DNA of 62,780 nt, counting the filler. It is 13 parts of 13 records of this genome, joined end to end, with 100 filler letters (N's around TTAATTAATTAA, not from the genome) between each part and the next. Parts side by side here need not be neighbours in the genome. Positions count along the whole stretch, not along the records: positions 57,955 to 62,780 come from SRR7504441_10078; 12 more parts are not named here. The stretch is one strand, 5' to 3'. Within the stretch, counting starts at the first letter, position 1, and each line of letters begins with the position of its first letter. The notes under the pieces are model-generated. The model searched no databases. It saw only the letters and a list, made by a program, of their open reading frames with translations, and was not told where the DNA came from. Both the position numbers and the translations under genes were made by a program. Shown here in pieces: positions 61,001 through 62,780 of the stretch.

Positions 61001-62780
61001 TGGTACCCTAACCTGACCCTGAGCGCACCTATCATCAGAGACAATCTCGCTGGACCGCTGGTTGGCCTCCATACCACGGGTGAGAGACTTTTCAATCATG
61101 TCGAGAGTCGATTTGAGATCTGCCCGGCCTAACTGCAAGCTCTCAGGCCCAGGGTCACCCATGCTCGTTCGTGGAGATGGGTGACCCCTGGCCTGAGAGC
61201 TTGCTGCTAGAGGCGTTGGATCGACAATCTCTATCCCCGGGGAAGCCTCAGGCATGACGAGCCCAAAAGCACTGCATATCGCCATCAGCTGTACAGGGAA
61301 CGTATGCTTAAGCAGGCTCATTGTCTGGTCACTCAGCAGCTTAGTGTGGTGCAGCGTGAGCACTTGCTCCACAAAGCAGACGATGTGCGGAGGCAGCGAC
61401 ATGGTCAGTGTGCGCAGCTCGGCAGAGCAGCTATTCAGCAGTGTCCAACGCTCTGGGCCACAGTCCTGCACTCTCTCAGCAAGCGGTGGCATTAAGCCTT
61501 GACCTGTGCTCTTGCAAAGTGCAGCACTGTGGTGAAAGGCTCGACAATCGCGTGCTGTACCCCCGTCGATCTATTTGTGCAGAACAGCCCGACGCTGCCG
61601 TGTGCGTCTGCCTCGTCAGCTCCTCCGGTATCCTCCAGGCGAAGCACCAAGTGAAGCCCTGCTGCCAAGTCTAAATGGTCAAACAACGGTGTGTCTGCTG
61701 AGTCTACAGCAGAGGCCGCAGTAGCCTGCACCAGGCTGAGGGTCATAGCCCGGTATGGCAGCACCGGTGCAGCTCCGGACGTCACTATTGAGATCAAGAC
61801 ATCCTTGATGTTAAGGTCTATTTGGCCAGGGATCCTATTTGCGCCGAGTAAGTCGACTTGTCCTAGGTTGTTAAGCTCCTCCAGGGGCGTCGGTTGCAGG
61901 TGATCTCTCAGACTCGACTGCATTCAGTTCAACTCAGCATTAATCGAGTAACCAGTGTGCACTTAGAGAAAGGGGTTAGCATAAGTCTGAATTGAGGGGA
62001 AGGAATGACACACACCTTGAGTGATCTGGTGAGTGTAGACTGCAGATGTTCCAACTGCTCTGCCATCCGCAGCCCGCGCAGCACGCCAGATACAGCAAAG
62101 AACCCAATCCGAGTTAGGATTTCAAACGATAATCTGAGTCGGAGTCCGTCAAATATCCCCTTGACGTTAGCCTGGGTGATCCCTGTAGGATACTTGCTGA
62201 GCATGCTGGCATCCGATGCCCAGTTCATTCCCATTCGCAATGCAAGCAGTCTCGACTCGCTTTGATCTTCCTGCGCCACAGCATCCAGGATCTCTAGCCG
62301 TGCCAAAGAGACTTTGAGCATGCTGTCAATCATCACCCCATCTTTCAGTCGATGCTCCACTACCGCCCTCACGTCCTGAAGCCTCAAATGGGCAAACACC
62401 TGCACCGCCATCTGCAGCTGAAAGCTCCCGGCCGCACCTCTGTCCCTGTAGTTTCAGAGTAGTCGGCCAGTTCGAGCCTCACTTGCTCCATGATAAATCT
62501 AACGAGCATAGGCGGCACCCAGGGCAATTTCTGCATGCCTCTCTCCGCCTAGGGCACAGCCAGTGAGCCGGCATGCTGGGTAGGGTACACCCAGTGTGCT
62601 AGCACGCTGATCATGCCTCTAGTGATAGTGGGCGGCTAGTGATAAGGCATCTACTAACTAGGCAGCCAATAGCACCTGGTGTCTAAATCTGGGTGTGACC
62701 ACTTCTATAAGAGAAGAAGAGCTGCCCAGCGAGTTGGCTTGAGGTATCAATTGCTCAAACATGAGATTAGTCTGGGCCTT
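58035..62780 (-). CDS. 5'-partial multidomain protein: VPS13-like beta-rich region, PH, PH, PX, PA domain and coiled coil
   Basis: FCTNRSTGVQHAIVEPFT is VPS13-like; QGYLKM..KQRWFVLRG..WI and ..EQKQRWMEAL are PH; HTVYAIEV..RRFSDFVQLHRQL is PX; VVMRGLVTFGLKAKHVQ|AAGAVAMIVVN is PA. Segments can be joined by short introns to a stop at 58035. Confidence 0.7.

Noticed and set aside
1-62780. tRNA, rRNA, spliceosomal snRNA, telomeric arrays, transposase or viral genes
   Set aside because: No diagnostic motifs were seen by eye. A covariance-model scan would be needed to exclude small RNAs.

Overview
This window is 13 short contigs (about 3-7 kb each) joined by an artificial 100-nt linker (N44-TTAATTAATTAA-N44), so neighbours across linkers need not be genomic neighbours. 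The DNA is a compact, GC-rich, intron-dense eukaryotic nuclear genome, most likely a unicellular protist, using the standard genetic code. The ORF track is broken by very short introns (about 35-57 nt), so genes were rebuilt by eye. Recognisable genes include SMC2, DNMT2, exportin-4, TMA7, a PKD2-type channel, a CLC exchanger, an ankyrin-DHHC palmitoyltransferase, a TRF4-type poly(A) polymerase, an F-box/WD40 protein, a HECT ligase, a GH54 arabinofuranosidase, a GH43-like hydrolase and an FN3-repeat protein, plus candidate MED11, GPS2 and CENP-U. The most unusual signals are: (1) a divergent splice code, with GTGC/GCGC donors (+4 C, often no +5 G), frequent weak GC-AG introns, G-rich acceptors without a pyrimidine tract and donor-acceptor complementarity; (2) a recurrent palindromic TACTCGTAC/GTACGAGTA element in AT-rich spacers next to gene 3' ends, absent from five very short head-to-head spacers; (3) an intron-containing Pls/PosA-type (poly-amino-acid synthetase) terminal domain; and (4) several unusual domain architectures. 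No rRNA, tRNA, CRISPR array or transposon was recognised. All family calls come from recalled motifs, not from database searches.
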